64,000 nt of DNA from Lewinellaceae bacterium (lineage in GTDB: Bacteria; Bacteroidota; Bacteroidia; Chitinophagales; Saprospiraceae), in contig JADJFA010000018.1 in the NCBI GenBank assembly GCA_016708875.1, forward strand, positions 28,113 to 92,112. Direction: 5' to 3'. The notes below the pieces were generated by a model. It ran no database searches. It saw only the letters and a program-made list of their open reading frames with translations, and was not told where the DNA came from. Of the stretch, positions 9,175 to 17,509 are shown one piece after another. A program made the translations under genes and the position numbers. Numbering within the stretch: the first letter of the stretch is position 1; each line of letters starts with the position of its first letter.

Positions 9175-10474
9175 CGGTGACAACGTGATGGAGACTGTTG
9201 TGAACTCGACTGCTGTGGGCATCGCTGGTCTTGGCTGGAACAACGTGCTGTACGGCAACATCAATACGCCGAACTACACGGGCGGTACGCCGCGCCAGTT
9301 CGACGAGCGAAATGTTCCGATCAACCAGAAGTGGGGCTTCTCGATTCAGGAGACGGTGGTTGGCAACAACAAGACGGCCTGTGTTCGCTGGAACACCCAG
9401 CAGGCACAGAACACCCACGTGGTTCCTGAGCTGCCACACGGTACGCACAAGATCAAGTGGTTCATCACGGACGGTTGCGGCAACAACTCGGAGTACGAGT
9501 ACACCTTCACGGTGCGTGACTGCAAGCCTCCAACGGTGGTGTGCATCAACGGCCTGAGCGTGAACATCATGCCAACTGCGATGATCCAGTTGTGGGCATC
9601 AGACTTCCTGCAGTACACGGAAGACAACTGCACCCCTGCTGGTCAGATCAAGATCGGTATCCGCAAGTGTGGCACAGGCACTGGTTTCCCATTTGACAAC
9701 CAGGGAAATCCGATAACTTCTGTGACCTTCGACTGCACAGAACTTGGCACACAGTGCGTGGAACTTTGGGCAATAGACGCACAGGGCAATGCGGACTACT
9801 GCGAGACCTACCTGATCGTACAGGACAACCTTGGCAACTGCCCAAGCCCCGACCATATCAACGTGGCAGGTGCGCTGAAGACAGAATTAGAGGACGGAGT
9901 GGAAGAGGGCACGGTATACATTGACGGCACGAGCACCTTTGCTCCACCGTACTCGTACTTCGACCTTTCAGACACCCTGGGTGTGTACGCGGTGACGAAT
10001 TCGGTGCCTTTGGCAGCGACCTTTGTGATCTCCCCGGAGAAGGACGACAACCCGCTCAATGGTGTGACCACCTATGACCTGGTGTTGATCTCTAAGCACA
10101 TCCTGGGCATAGAGCCTTTGGACTCTCCGTACAAGATGATCGCGGCTGACGCGAACAAGTCTGGCTCGATCACGACATTCGACATCGTGGAGATCAGGAA
10201 ATTGATTTTGGGGGTCTACACCGACCTGCCGAACAACAGTTCCTGGCGTTTTGTGGACAAGGCCTTCCAGTTCCCGAACCTTAACAACCCGTTCCAGACT
10301 GCGTTCCCCGAAACGATTTCGGTGGCAGACGCGATAGCAACGCAGATTGGTGAGGACTTCGTGGGCGTGAAGATCGGCGACGTGAACAACACATCGGTAG
10401 CCAACGCCACGATGCCAGCAGAAGAGCGGACGGCCGCCACGGCACTGTTCGACGTTCCGAAGACCGCAAAGTGA
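9074..10474 (+). CDS. Adhesin fragment (HYR-like and dockerin-like EF-hand pair).
   Basis: 'KLCITGTDACSGANINIEYLLFLDLDGDN', 'HKIKWFITDGCGNNSEYEYTFTVRDCKPP'. Dockerin-like: 'NGVTTYDLVLISKHILGIEPL...ADANKSGSITTFDIVEIRKLILGV'. Confidence 0.7.
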   Translation: MTCARSQPKLCITGTDACSGANINIEYLLFLDLDGDNVMETVVNSTAVGIAGLGWNNVLYGNINTPNYTGGTPRQFDERNVPINQKWGFSIQETVVGNNKTACVRWNTQQAQNTHVVPELPHGTHKIKWFITDGCGNNSEYEYTFTVRDCKPPTVVCINGLSVNIMPTAMIQLWASDFLQYTEDNCTPAGQIKIGIRKCGTGTGFPFDNQGNPITSVTFDCTELGTQCVELWAIDAQGNADYCETYLIVQDNLGNCPSPDHINVAGALKTELEDGVEEGTVYIDGTSTFAPPYSYFDLSDTLGVYAVTNSVPLAATFVISPEKDDNPLNGVTTYDLVLISKHILGIEPLDSPYKMIAADANKSGSITTFDIVEIRKLILGVYTDLPNNSSWRFVDKAFQFPNLNNPFQTAFPETISVADAIATQIGEDFVGVKIGDVNNTSVANATMPAEERTAATALFDVPKTAK

Positions 10475-10519
10475 AAGCAGGCGGAAACCTTTGAGGTAAC
10501 GTTCGAGGGCAGCGAGCAG

Positions 10520-10924
10520 TTGAAGGGCTTCCAGTTCACGATGTTGTTGAACGGCCTGGAGACGGTGGGCGTAGTTGAATCGGACCATGTGACGGCCAGC
10601 AATTTTGGACAATTTGAAGATGCGACAACGGTTTCCATAGACGGCGCACAGGAGTTCACGCTTCGTTTTAAGGCGCTGAAATCTGGCAAATTGAGCGAAA
10701 TGCTGGGCGTTTCTGGCGCGATTACCAGAGCAGAGGCGTACCCACTTACCAATCACCAGGTCACCTCACCAAATGGGTGTAGCATTCCGTTTCAGCGGCA
10801 AGATCCCGACTTTAGTAGGGATTGGTTTCGAACTGTACCAGAACCAGCCGAACCCGTTTGTGAACAAGACAAGCATCGGCTTCTTCCTACCGGAAGCAGC
10901 GGAAGCAACGCTGTCAATTTTTGA
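10520..10924 (+). CDS. Adhesin fragment (cohesin-like module).
   Basis: Same frame as 9074..10474, separated by a TGA at 10472-10474 that lies between two compensating 1-nt shifts. Repaired reading: 'FDV(S)EDRKVKAGETFEVTFEGSEQLKGFQFTMLLNGLETVGV'. Confidence 0.6.
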   Translation: MKGFQFTMLLNGLETVGVVESDHVTASNFGQFEDATTVSIDGAQEFTLRFKALKSGKLSEMLGVSGAITRAEAYPLTNHQVTSPNGCSIPFQRQDPDFSRDWFRTVPEPAEPVCEQDKHRLLPTGSSGSNAVNF

Positions 10925-11084
10925 CGAAACGGGCCGTGTGGTGTACCAGCAGAAAGGCCAGTTTGCCAAAGGGGAGAACACGATCGCGCTTGATCGCGCC
11001 GTGATCAACACCACTGGCATGCTGTACTACAAACTGGAAACTGCTACGGACAGCGACACGAAGAAGATGATACAAGCGAAGTAG
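10773..11084 (+). CDS. Adhesin fragment: T9SS C-terminal sorting domain.
   Basis: 'GIGFELYQNQPNPFVNKTSIGFFLPEAAEATLSIFDETGRVVYQQKGQFAKGENTIALDRAVINTTGMLYYKLETATDSDTKKMIQ' is the classic Por_Secre_tail pattern. A terminator follows. Confidence 0.85.
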   Translation: MGVAFRFSGKIPTLVGIGFELYQNQPNPFVNKTSIGFFLPEAAEATLSIFDETGRVVYQQKGQFAKGENTIALDRAVINTTGMLYYKLETATDSDTKKMIQAK

Positions 11085-11123
11085 GACGCGGGGCTTGTCC
11101 CCGCACTAAGTTTTAATAATTGG

Positions 11124-11163
11124 CAAGAACCACCTCAAGCAATTGAGGTGGTTCTTGTTTTTA
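11124..11163 (+). terminator. Rho-independent terminator of the adhesin gene.
   Basis: 'caagaaccacctcaa gcaa ttgaggtggttcttg' is a perfect ~15-bp stem followed by 'ttttta'. It is preceded by a second small GC hairpin, 'gcggggcttgtccccgc' (~11089-11105). Confidence 0.75.
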
Positions 11164-11229
11164 TACAAAGGCTTAATTCCGTGATTTTCCTACTTTCGCA
11201 GGTAATCGTGAACCAATTCCATTGCCACC

Positions 11230-12852
11230 ATGTCGCTAACCAAACCTGACAAGGCCGCCCTGCGCGCCACCATCTTCCGCCATCTCGACGGTATCGCAAC
11301 AGCGCCCACAGCATACGCTTTGCTGGAAAAAGGCGTGCTAGAGCACCTCCTGAAATTTGGGGAAGCCGACGTTGCCGAGTTGGCCACCAGTTTCCGAGCC
11401 AACGAGGGTTATCTAAACGTCGCGCTGCGTGTCCTTTGCTCCCAAGGCTGGCTTGACTGTGTTGTGGACAATGCCAATAATCGTGTTCTTTACCGCACCA
11501 ACACCAATAGTGCAACCGCTTTTGACCTTTGCCATCTGTACAAGGATGTGGTTGAACTGCTGCGTTTCTCCGGGCGTTTCCACAAAAGGAAATTTGAGCG
11601 CGCTCCCTTTACTGTCCTGGAAAAAATTTTCAGGAAATACCAGGATCATTACGGCATTGAATTATCCGAGAATCCAGAAATACGGAGTATTCAAGATCAG
11701 GTGCTCAAACACATCGAAGGCATCGCCATCGGGCCAAGCATCGTGGCGCTCGGCATGGGTGGAATGTTCCACAAGTACTTTATGGAGGCCTCATTCAAAC
11801 CCGAAGAGTTTCATGAAGACGCGGAAAGTTTTGACAAAATCCTCGATTTTTTTGCCTTTCTGGGTTGGTTCGAAAAGAAAGGCCAGACTTACCGATTCAC
11901 TGAAACGGGGCTGTTTTTTGCCCGCAGAGCCAGTGCCTATGGGGTCACGGTGTCGTATATCCCTACCTTCAGAAATTTGGACGAACTCATTTTTGGGGAT
12001 CCTGAAATCCTGTGGAACACTCCGCCGGGTGCGCCCGAACTGCACGTGGACCGGGAGATGAACGTGTGGGGCAGCGGCGGGGCGCACACCACCTACTTCA
12101 AAAAAATAGACGAGGTGGTCATTGACCTTTTCAACCGCCCTTTGGAAGAGCAGCCAAAGGGCATCGTAGACATGGGCTGCGGCAACGGTGCTTTCCTTCA
12201 ACACATTTTCGAGGTAATTGCCCAACGCACCCTGCGCGGCCAAATGCTAGACGAGTACCCGCTTTTCCTGGTCGGCGCTGATTTCAATGAAGTTGCACTA
12301 CGTGTAAGTCGCGCCAACCTCACCAAAGCCGACATTTGGGCCAAGGTGATTTGGGGCGACATCGGACGACCTGATCTACTGGCCCGCGACCTGCGTGACG
12401 ACTACGGTATAGCCCTCGAAGACCTGCTCAACGTGCGCACTTTCCTTGACCACAACCGCCCTTGGGAGCCGCCCGAAACAGCTTCACCGAGCCGCATCAG
12501 CAGCTCCACAGGAGCCTATGCTTACCGAGGCAAACGCATCAGCAACAACGACGCCGAAGCAAGCTTGCTTCAACACTTGCGGCGCTGGTCGCCCTATGTC
12601 CAGAAGTTTGGCCTCCTGGTCATCGAATTGCATACCGTACCACCCGAGCGCACTGCGGCAAACCTTGGACACAGCGCCGCCACTGCCTACGATGCCACCC
12701 ATGGCTTCTCGGACCAGTACATTCTCGAAGTGGATATTTTTAACCAGATCGCCGCCGAGGCTGGCCTGTCTCCCGATCCAGAACACTTCAGCAAGTTCCC
12801 GGACTCAGATTTGGCGACGGTGAGTGTTAATTTGTTGAAGGGAGAGCGCTAA
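11230..12852 (+). CDS. Class I SAM-dependent methyltransferase with two N-terminal O-MT-dimerisation/winged-helix-like modules.
   Basis: 540-aa ORF. Motif I 'GIVDMGCGNGAFLQHI'. Two wHTH-like segments: 'IFRHLDGIATAPTAYALLEKGVLEHL...VAELA...GYLNVALRVLCSQGWL' and 'VLKHIEGIAIGPSIVALG...ILDFFAFLGWFEKKG'. Confidence 0.7.
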   Translation: MSLTKPDKAALRATIFRHLDGIATAPTAYALLEKGVLEHLLKFGEADVAELATSFRANEGYLNVALRVLCSQGWLDCVVDNANNRVLYRTNTNSATAFDLCHLYKDVVELLRFSGRFHKRKFERAPFTVLEKIFRKYQDHYGIELSENPEIRSIQDQVLKHIEGIAIGPSIVALGMGGMFHKYFMEASFKPEEFHEDAESFDKILDFFAFLGWFEKKGQTYRFTETGLFFARRASAYGVTVSYIPTFRNLDELIFGDPEILWNTPPGAPELHVDREMNVWGSGGAHTTYFKKIDEVVIDLFNRPLEEQPKGIVDMGCGNGAFLQHIFEVIAQRTLRGQMLDEYPLFLVGADFNEVALRVSRANLTKADIWAKVIWGDIGRPDLLARDLRDDYGIALEDLLNVRTFLDHNRPWEPPETASPSRISSSTGAYAYRGKRISNNDAEASLLQHLRRWSPYVQKFGLLVIELHTVPPERTAANLGHSAATAYDATHGFSDQYILEVDIFNQIAAEAGLSPDPEHFSKFPDSDLATVSVNLLKGER

Positions 12853-12858
12853 GACAGG

Positions 12859-12945
12859 GGCCACGGATTGCACGGATTAGACACGGATTTTTATTCAAAT
12901 GGGGAAAATCCGTGAATCCGTGTCTAATCCATGCAATCCGTGGCC
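12859..12945. repeat. Post-gene hairpin with tandem-octamer arms (CACGGATT family).
   Basis: 'ggccacggattgcacggattagacacggatttt ...loop... aaaatccgtgaatccgtgtctaatccatgcaatccgtggcc'. It starts 7 nt after the stop at 12852. The arm is 3 x 'cacggatt'. Confidence 0.9.
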
Positions 12946-13033
12946 CATTCTACGACAAGATGGCCCTTCAAAATTCTAATTCCACCAAAAGCAGTATTTT
13001 CGCCGCTTAGCAAAACAAAAATCTTCTTGCATA

Positions 13034-16000
13034 GTGGAATACAGACCGAGCGAAATCGAGCCTAAATGGCGACAGTGGTGGATAGAAAACAGCACTTACA
13101 GGGTTGAAAATCAGGGGATTAAGCCGAAGTATTACATCCTCGATATGTTTCCTTACCCAAGTGGAGCAGGGCTGCACGTGGGTCACCCTTTGGGCTATAT
13201 TGCCTCCGACATTCTTGCACGTTACAAGCGCTTGCGGGGTTTCAACGTGCTTCACCCAATGGGCTTCGATTCTTTCGGATTGCCCGCCGAGCAGTACGCC
13301 ATCCAAACGGGGCAACATCCAGCCATCACTACCGAACAGAATCTTGCCCGTTACCGCGAGCAACTCGGTAACCTTGGCTTTTCCTTCGATTGGAGTCGGG
13401 AAGTTCAAACCTCCAACCCTGCTTTTTACAAGTGGACCCAGTGGATTTTTATCCAACTTTTCAACCATTATTATGACCTTGAAGCTGACAAGGCATTGCG
13501 TATCAGCGATCTGGAACGCCGTTTCACCCAATCTGGCAATGCTGGCCTTCGCGCTGTTTGCGACGATGATACGCCCGCCGTTTCAGCAGCAGAGTGGAAT
13601 GCCTGGAGCAAGCAGGAGCAACAGCAGTTCCTCCTCAAGTACCGCATCACCTTCCCGGGTGAAGAGTATGTAAACTGGTGTTCAGCGCTCGGCTCGGTTC
13701 TTTCTAACGATGAGGTGAAAGACGGTGTGAGCGAACGCGGCGGCCACCCTGTGGAGCGCAAACTCATGAAACAATGGGTAATGCGCATCACCGCATACGC
13801 CGAACGCCTGCTCGAAGGCCTGAATACCATTGACTGGCCCGAATCTATCAAGGAACAACAGCGCAACTGGATTGGAAAATCGGTGGGCGCATCGGTCAAA
13901 TTTCAGGTGGAAGGCTTTGAAGATTTGTACATAGAGGTGTTCACCACACGGATAGACACGATTTATGGTGTGACATTCATGGTAATTGCACCAGAATTGG
14001 ATCTGGTTAAAACACTTTGCACCAGCGAACAGCGCACCGAGGTGGATGGTTACATAAAATGGACCGCCGCCCGCACCGAAATCGAGCGCATGGCCGATAC
14101 CCGCAAAGCCACGGGGGTTTTCACAGGTTCATACGCGATCAATCCTTTTACGGAAGAGCGTGTGCCGATTTGGATTGCAGACTATGTGCTGGCGGGATAC
14201 GGCACTGGCGCGGTTATGGCCGTCCCTTCTGGCGATCAGCGCGACTGGAATTTTTCCCAGGAATTCAATCTACCCGTAGTGCCCATTTTGGACAGCCAAA
14301 AAGATTTAGATACCGCTGCCGATCCGAGCAAAGAAGGCCAATATATCAACTCCAAGTTAATCAATGGCATGCGGTACGCAGAAGCTGTGCCAATGCTCAT
14401 TCAATGGCTTGAAGAAAAAGGATTGGGCCGTGGAAAAACACAATACAAGCTCCGCAATGCTGTTTTCAGCCGCCAGCGTTACTGGGGCGAACCAGTTCCT
14501 GCGCTTTGGGAGGACGGTGTGCCCTATTTGATTGACGAGAAAGACCTTCCGCTCGTGCTGCCTTCCGTGGATAAGTATTTGCCTACCGAATCCGGTGAGC
14601 CACCACTCGCCCGAGCCAAAGGGTGGAAATACGAACTCTCCACCATGCCCGGTTGGGCAGGATCTTCCTGGTATTTCTACCGTTACATGGATCCGCACAA
14701 CGATCAGGCGTTTTGCTCGGAAGAAGCCATGGACTATTGGCAAAGGGTGGATTTCTACATCGGTGGCTCGGAGCACGCTGTGGGCCACTTGTTGTACAGC
14801 CGTTTTTGGAACCACTTTTTGTACGACCTGGGCTTGGTGCCGCATCGGGAGTTTGCCCAGCGTTTGGTGAACCAAGGGATGATCCAGGGCCGCTCCAACT
14901 TTGTCTACAGGGCTAAGGAGCGTTTTTTTGAGGAATACCTGATGCTCAAAGTGCTCAAACCTTTCTTTGCCGATGAGGGTCCCATCCACATTTCTGGGCC
15001 TGAGTTTGAAGAAGAAATCAAGTACGATTTTGCGTTCGAGATCAACAATCTCGTTATTGAAGTCACTTCCATTAAGCAATTGGACAAAATTGAGCGTATC
15101 CGCCAAACAGCCCAGGAGGATGGCAAACGGCTCATGGTGCTCTACACCGAAGAACTTACAGATCAAATCAACGAGCCGGAAGCCATTGCTGAAAAGGTAC
15201 GCGAAGCGCTTGCAAGTCGGGAGGATTTTATCGTAACATCAAATCAGCCCAGCGCTGAGCAACTGTTTGTTTCGCATAGCCTTTTGTACAAATACAGCCC
15301 GGAGGTGGTTACCAAACTTCATGTGGACGTGAATCTTGTAGACAACGATGTGCTGAATTTGGAAAAAGCCCGTGCAACGCCGCAGTTTGCCAACTCAAAT
15401 TTCAAACTTGACACGACGGGAAAGTATTCCTGCTCTTGGGAAGTGGAGAAAATGTCGAAATCCAAGTTCAATGTTGTCAACCCTGACGATATTATTGAGG
15501 AACATGGGACCGATTGTTTTCGGATGTTCGAGATGTTCCTTGGCCCTATCACCGACGCAAAGCCTTGGAATACAAAGGGAATAACGGGCGTGAGCGGCTT
15601 TTTGCGAAAATTTTGGAGCATGTTTTTTGAGGCTGAAAACTTCCGCGTCACCGATGATGCGCCTAGCCGCGATGAGCTCCGCATCCTCCATACCTGCATC
15701 AAAAAAGTGAGCGACGATATCGAGCGGATCAGTATGAATACCTGTGTCAGTCATTTCATGATTGCCACCAACGAGCTGCGTGCATTGAAATGTTCCAAAC
15801 GCGCAGTGCTGGAGCCTTTGGTTGTTCTTATCGCGCCCTTTGGCCCGCACATTGCAGAGGAACTCTGGAATCGGCTCGGGCACAACACTTCTGTTTGTGA
15901 TGCAGCATGGCCGATTCTCAACGAGGAAAACCTCAAAACAGACACGGTCAATTATCCTATCCAGATCAACGGTAAACTCCGCGCCAACATCGAGCTTCCC

Positions 16001-16129
16001 GCCGGCATCACCGCACAGGAAGCTGAAAAGGCGACATTGGAATTAGAACTGGTACAAAAATGGCTGGAAGGGAACACGCCTAAAAAGGTGGTGTTTGTGC
16101 CGGGCAGGATGATTAATTTGGTGGTGTGA
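13034..16129 (+). CDS. leuS: Leucine--tRNA ligase.
   Basis: 1031-aa ORF with a GTG start ('MEYRPSEIEPKWRQWW'). HIGH-type motif 'PYPSGAGLHVGHPLGY'. 'KMSKS' lies ~220 aa from the C-terminus. 'GYGTGAVMAVP', 'FSRQRYWGEP' and 'GGSEHAVGHLLYSRFW' are typical bacterial LeuS blocks. Confidence 0.95.
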   Translation: MEYRPSEIEPKWRQWWIENSTYRVENQGIKPKYYILDMFPYPSGAGLHVGHPLGYIASDILARYKRLRGFNVLHPMGFDSFGLPAEQYAIQTGQHPAITTEQNLARYREQLGNLGFSFDWSREVQTSNPAFYKWTQWIFIQLFNHYYDLEADKALRISDLERRFTQSGNAGLRAVCDDDTPAVSAAEWNAWSKQEQQQFLLKYRITFPGEEYVNWCSALGSVLSNDEVKDGVSERGGHPVERKLMKQWVMRITAYAERLLEGLNTIDWPESIKEQQRNWIGKSVGASVKFQVEGFEDLYIEVFTTRIDTIYGVTFMVIAPELDLVKTLCTSEQRTEVDGYIKWTAARTEIERMADTRKATGVFTGSYAINPFTEERVPIWIADYVLAGYGTGAVMAVPSGDQRDWNFSQEFNLPVVPILDSQKDLDTAADPSKEGQYINSKLINGMRYAEAVPMLIQWLEEKGLGRGKTQYKLRNAVFSRQRYWGEPVPALWEDGVPYLIDEKDLPLVLPSVDKYLPTESGEPPLARAKGWKYELSTMPGWAGSSWYFYRYMDPHNDQAFCSEEAMDYWQRVDFYIGGSEHAVGHLLYSRFWNHFLYDLGLVPHREFAQRLVNQGMIQGRSNFVYRAKERFFEEYLMLKVLKPFFADEGPIHISGPEFEEEIKYDFAFEINNLVIEVTSIKQLDKIERIRQTAQEDGKRLMVLYTEELTDQINEPEAIAEKVREALASREDFIVTSNQPSAEQLFVSHSLLYKYSPEVVTKLHVDVNLVDNDVLNLEKARATPQFANSNFKLDTTGKYSCSWEVEKMSKSKFNVVNPDDIIEEHGTDCFRMFEMFLGPITDAKPWNTKGITGVSGFLRKFWSMFFEAENFRVTDDAPSRDELRILHTCIKKVSDDIERISMNTCVSHFMIATNELRALKCSKRAVLEPLVVLIAPFGPHIAEELWNRLGHNTSVCDAAWPILNEENLKTDTVNYPIQINGKLRANIELPAGITAQEAEKATLELELVQKWLEGNTPKKVVFVPGRMINLVV

Positions 16130-16130
16130 T

Positions 16131-16206
16131 GGGGGGGGTGTTGTTTTTAGGGGGGTGTGGGGGGGAGTTTTGCTGCCGCGGGCGATTCCCCCCGCCCCGC
16201 GCCCGG
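16131..16206 (+). other. G-run / C-run low-complexity tract just after the leuS stop.
   Basis: G8 (16131-38), G6 (16150-55) and G7 (16159-65), then C6-G-C4-GCGCCC (16188-16204), followed by A-rich 'aaaaaaaagaaaaccaaaaaaa'. Confidence 0.9.
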
Positions 16207-16267
16207 ACCAGAAACCAAAAAAAAGAAAACCAAAAAAACCCAACATAGAACATCCAATTTTTGGACA

Positions 16268-17509
16268 ATGATACATTTCAAGTCGTTTACTCAAAACAAG
16301 AGGAGGGTTCTATTATACCTAATCTATCTGCTGTTGTTTGTTTTTGCTTTGACCAAAGTAAAGGAGAACGGTGATTTTATTGGCTACGTAAATGCAGGCA
16401 ATCTCGTATTGAGTCAGGGGGATATTTACAGCGATGTGTTTAATACCTGGCCGCCTGCTTTTAGTATAATCTCTGTGCCGCTGGCTATTGTCAATAATTT
16501 CAGTTTTATTTTTGTCCGTGTAATATGGATGGGGTTTATATTCTTCTGTTTTTTCTTTTGTATAAAGTCCTGTCTTGAAATTCTGAATAAAACACAATAC
16601 ACCTACAAAGCATTATTAACAGAGGTTTTAGCCACGCCATTTTACTTATTGGCCTTGTTTCTGTGTTGCCGTTCTTTTATGGACAATATCATGTACATGC
16701 AGATCAATGTAGTGATGTTGGCAGCCTGTTGTTATTATATTCAGCATATTGACGATAAAAAAACGGTGCTTTCTTCGGTGTTGTTAGGCTTGTCCATTGG
16801 CTCGAAAGTGTACAATATCCTGTTGCTCCCGGTGGCAATTCTATTCAGGAAATGGCGAAGTATAGGGTATGTTTTGCTGGGTTTTGGTATAACTTTTCTG
16901 CTTTGTCTATTGGTTTTTGGTGTTCAACAAACGATTGATTATCAAAACCATTGGTATAACGTGATCGCCTCTGTAAAACAAACCATTGTGCATCGGAATC
17001 AATCGCTTATTGCTGGACTGGTTCGGATGTTTTCTAATGAAAATTTGGCAGTAAACAGTACAGCCCCAATCATGGATCTGCCCTATTCTACGATTAATTC
17101 TATACAGATTTACATAATAGGGCTGCTATCGGCGATTTACCTTTTTTTGTTTTCAGGATTGGTAAGAAGTGCCAATAAGGATTTTGTATTCCATTCGTTT
17201 CTGCTCGTTTTAACCATGATTCCAGTGTTAACCCCAGTATCCTGGAAAGCAAATTACATTTTTACACTCCCAGCTTTTTTCTTTATCTGCCATACGATCC
17301 AAAATAAGCATGCAACAAGGGCAATCACCACCATATTCATTTTATCGTGTATGGCGCTTTGTCTTTCCAACGAAACCTTTATTGGCCGACCAGCTATGTA
17401 TTTCCTGGAAAACTATAATGTCCTGATTGTGGGTGGAATGTTATTGTTCTTCACCCAATTGATGCAAATGCATGTATTGAAAAACAAGAATTTTTATAAG
17501 ACTCAGTAA
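16268..17509 (+). CDS. GT87/DUF2029-like polytopic membrane glycosyltransferase (GT-C type).
   Basis: Start chosen at 'MIHFKSFTQNKRRVLLYLIYLL' because the ORF extension from 16157 reads through the G-tract. 'GDFIGYVNAGNLVLSQGDIYSDVFNTWPPAFSII' matches the DUF2029 N-terminal pattern. About 10 or more hydrophobic segments. Confidence 0.6.
   Translation: MIHFKSFTQNKRRVLLYLIYLLLFVFALTKVKENGDFIGYVNAGNLVLSQGDIYSDVFNTWPPAFSIISVPLAIVNNFSFIFVRVIWMGFIFFCFFFCIKSCLEILNKTQYTYKALLTEVLATPFYLLALFLCCRSFMDNIMYMQINVVMLAACCYYIQHIDDKKTVLSSVLLGLSIGSKVYNILLLPVAILFRKWRSIGYVLLGFGITFLLCLLVFGVQQTIDYQNHWYNVIASVKQTIVHRNQSLIAGLVRMFSNENLAVNSTAPIMDLPYSTINSIQIYIIGLLSAIYLFLFSGLVRSANKDFVFHSFLLVLTMIPVLTPVSWKANYIFTLPAFFFICHTIQNKHATRAITTIFILSCMALCLSNETFIGRPAMYFLENYNVLIVGGMLLFFTQLMQMHVLKNKNFYKTQ

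Larger units (their letters stand above)
1..11084 (+). pseudogene. Giant T9SS-secreted cell-surface adhesin, with its 5' end outside the window. Domains: DUF11/CARDB-like tandem beta-sandwich repeats, a SprB-type repeat, HYR domains, a dockerin/cohesin-like module and a T9SS C-terminal sorting domain. The frame is interrupted at least 10 times.
   Basis: Nine consecutive same-strand ORF fragments continue one another's domains across each break. Examples: '...DPCG|NAATCTAVV', 'NTCW|EVKIEDKLAPKLHC', 'TNTQG|GFTVTVTDGNGC'. HYR-like units include '...CPTTMVMIGNDPDQCSGKLNWTKPTATDAC...TYTANDGNGNISTCTFQIMVVDTEKP'. Dockerin-like segment: 'TTYDLVLISKHILG...DANKSGSITTFDIVEIRKLILG'. The terminal 'FELYQNQPNPFVNKTSIGFFLPEAAEATLSIFDETGRVVYQQKG...' is a typical T9SS type-A CTD. 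Each break is repaired by a 1-nt indel. Confidence 0.8.

Noticed and set aside
8527-10756. Long minus-strand ORFs (8527..9264, 8948..9448, 9968..10756, 10216..10752) antisense to the adhesin.
   Set aside because: They are Arg/Val/His-rich nonsense typical of antisense frames in GC-rich coding sequence. The + strand carries HYR/dockerin motifs.
11135-11515. Minus-strand ORFs (11135..11515, 11190..11402) overlapping the adhesin terminator and the methyltransferase 5' end.
   Set aside because: They span a terminator hairpin, are W/R-rich, and are antisense to a well-supported CDS.
14357-15883. 269-aa and 162-aa minus-strand ORFs inside leuS.
   Set aside because: They are antisense to an unambiguous LeuS reading frame and have no motifs.
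16157-16267. N-terminal extension of the GT87-like ORF ('MGGSFAAAGDSPRPAPGPETKKKKTKKTQ').
   Set aside because: It is a translation of the G-run/C-run/A-run low-complexity tract. A normal ATG followed by a TM segment begins at 16268.
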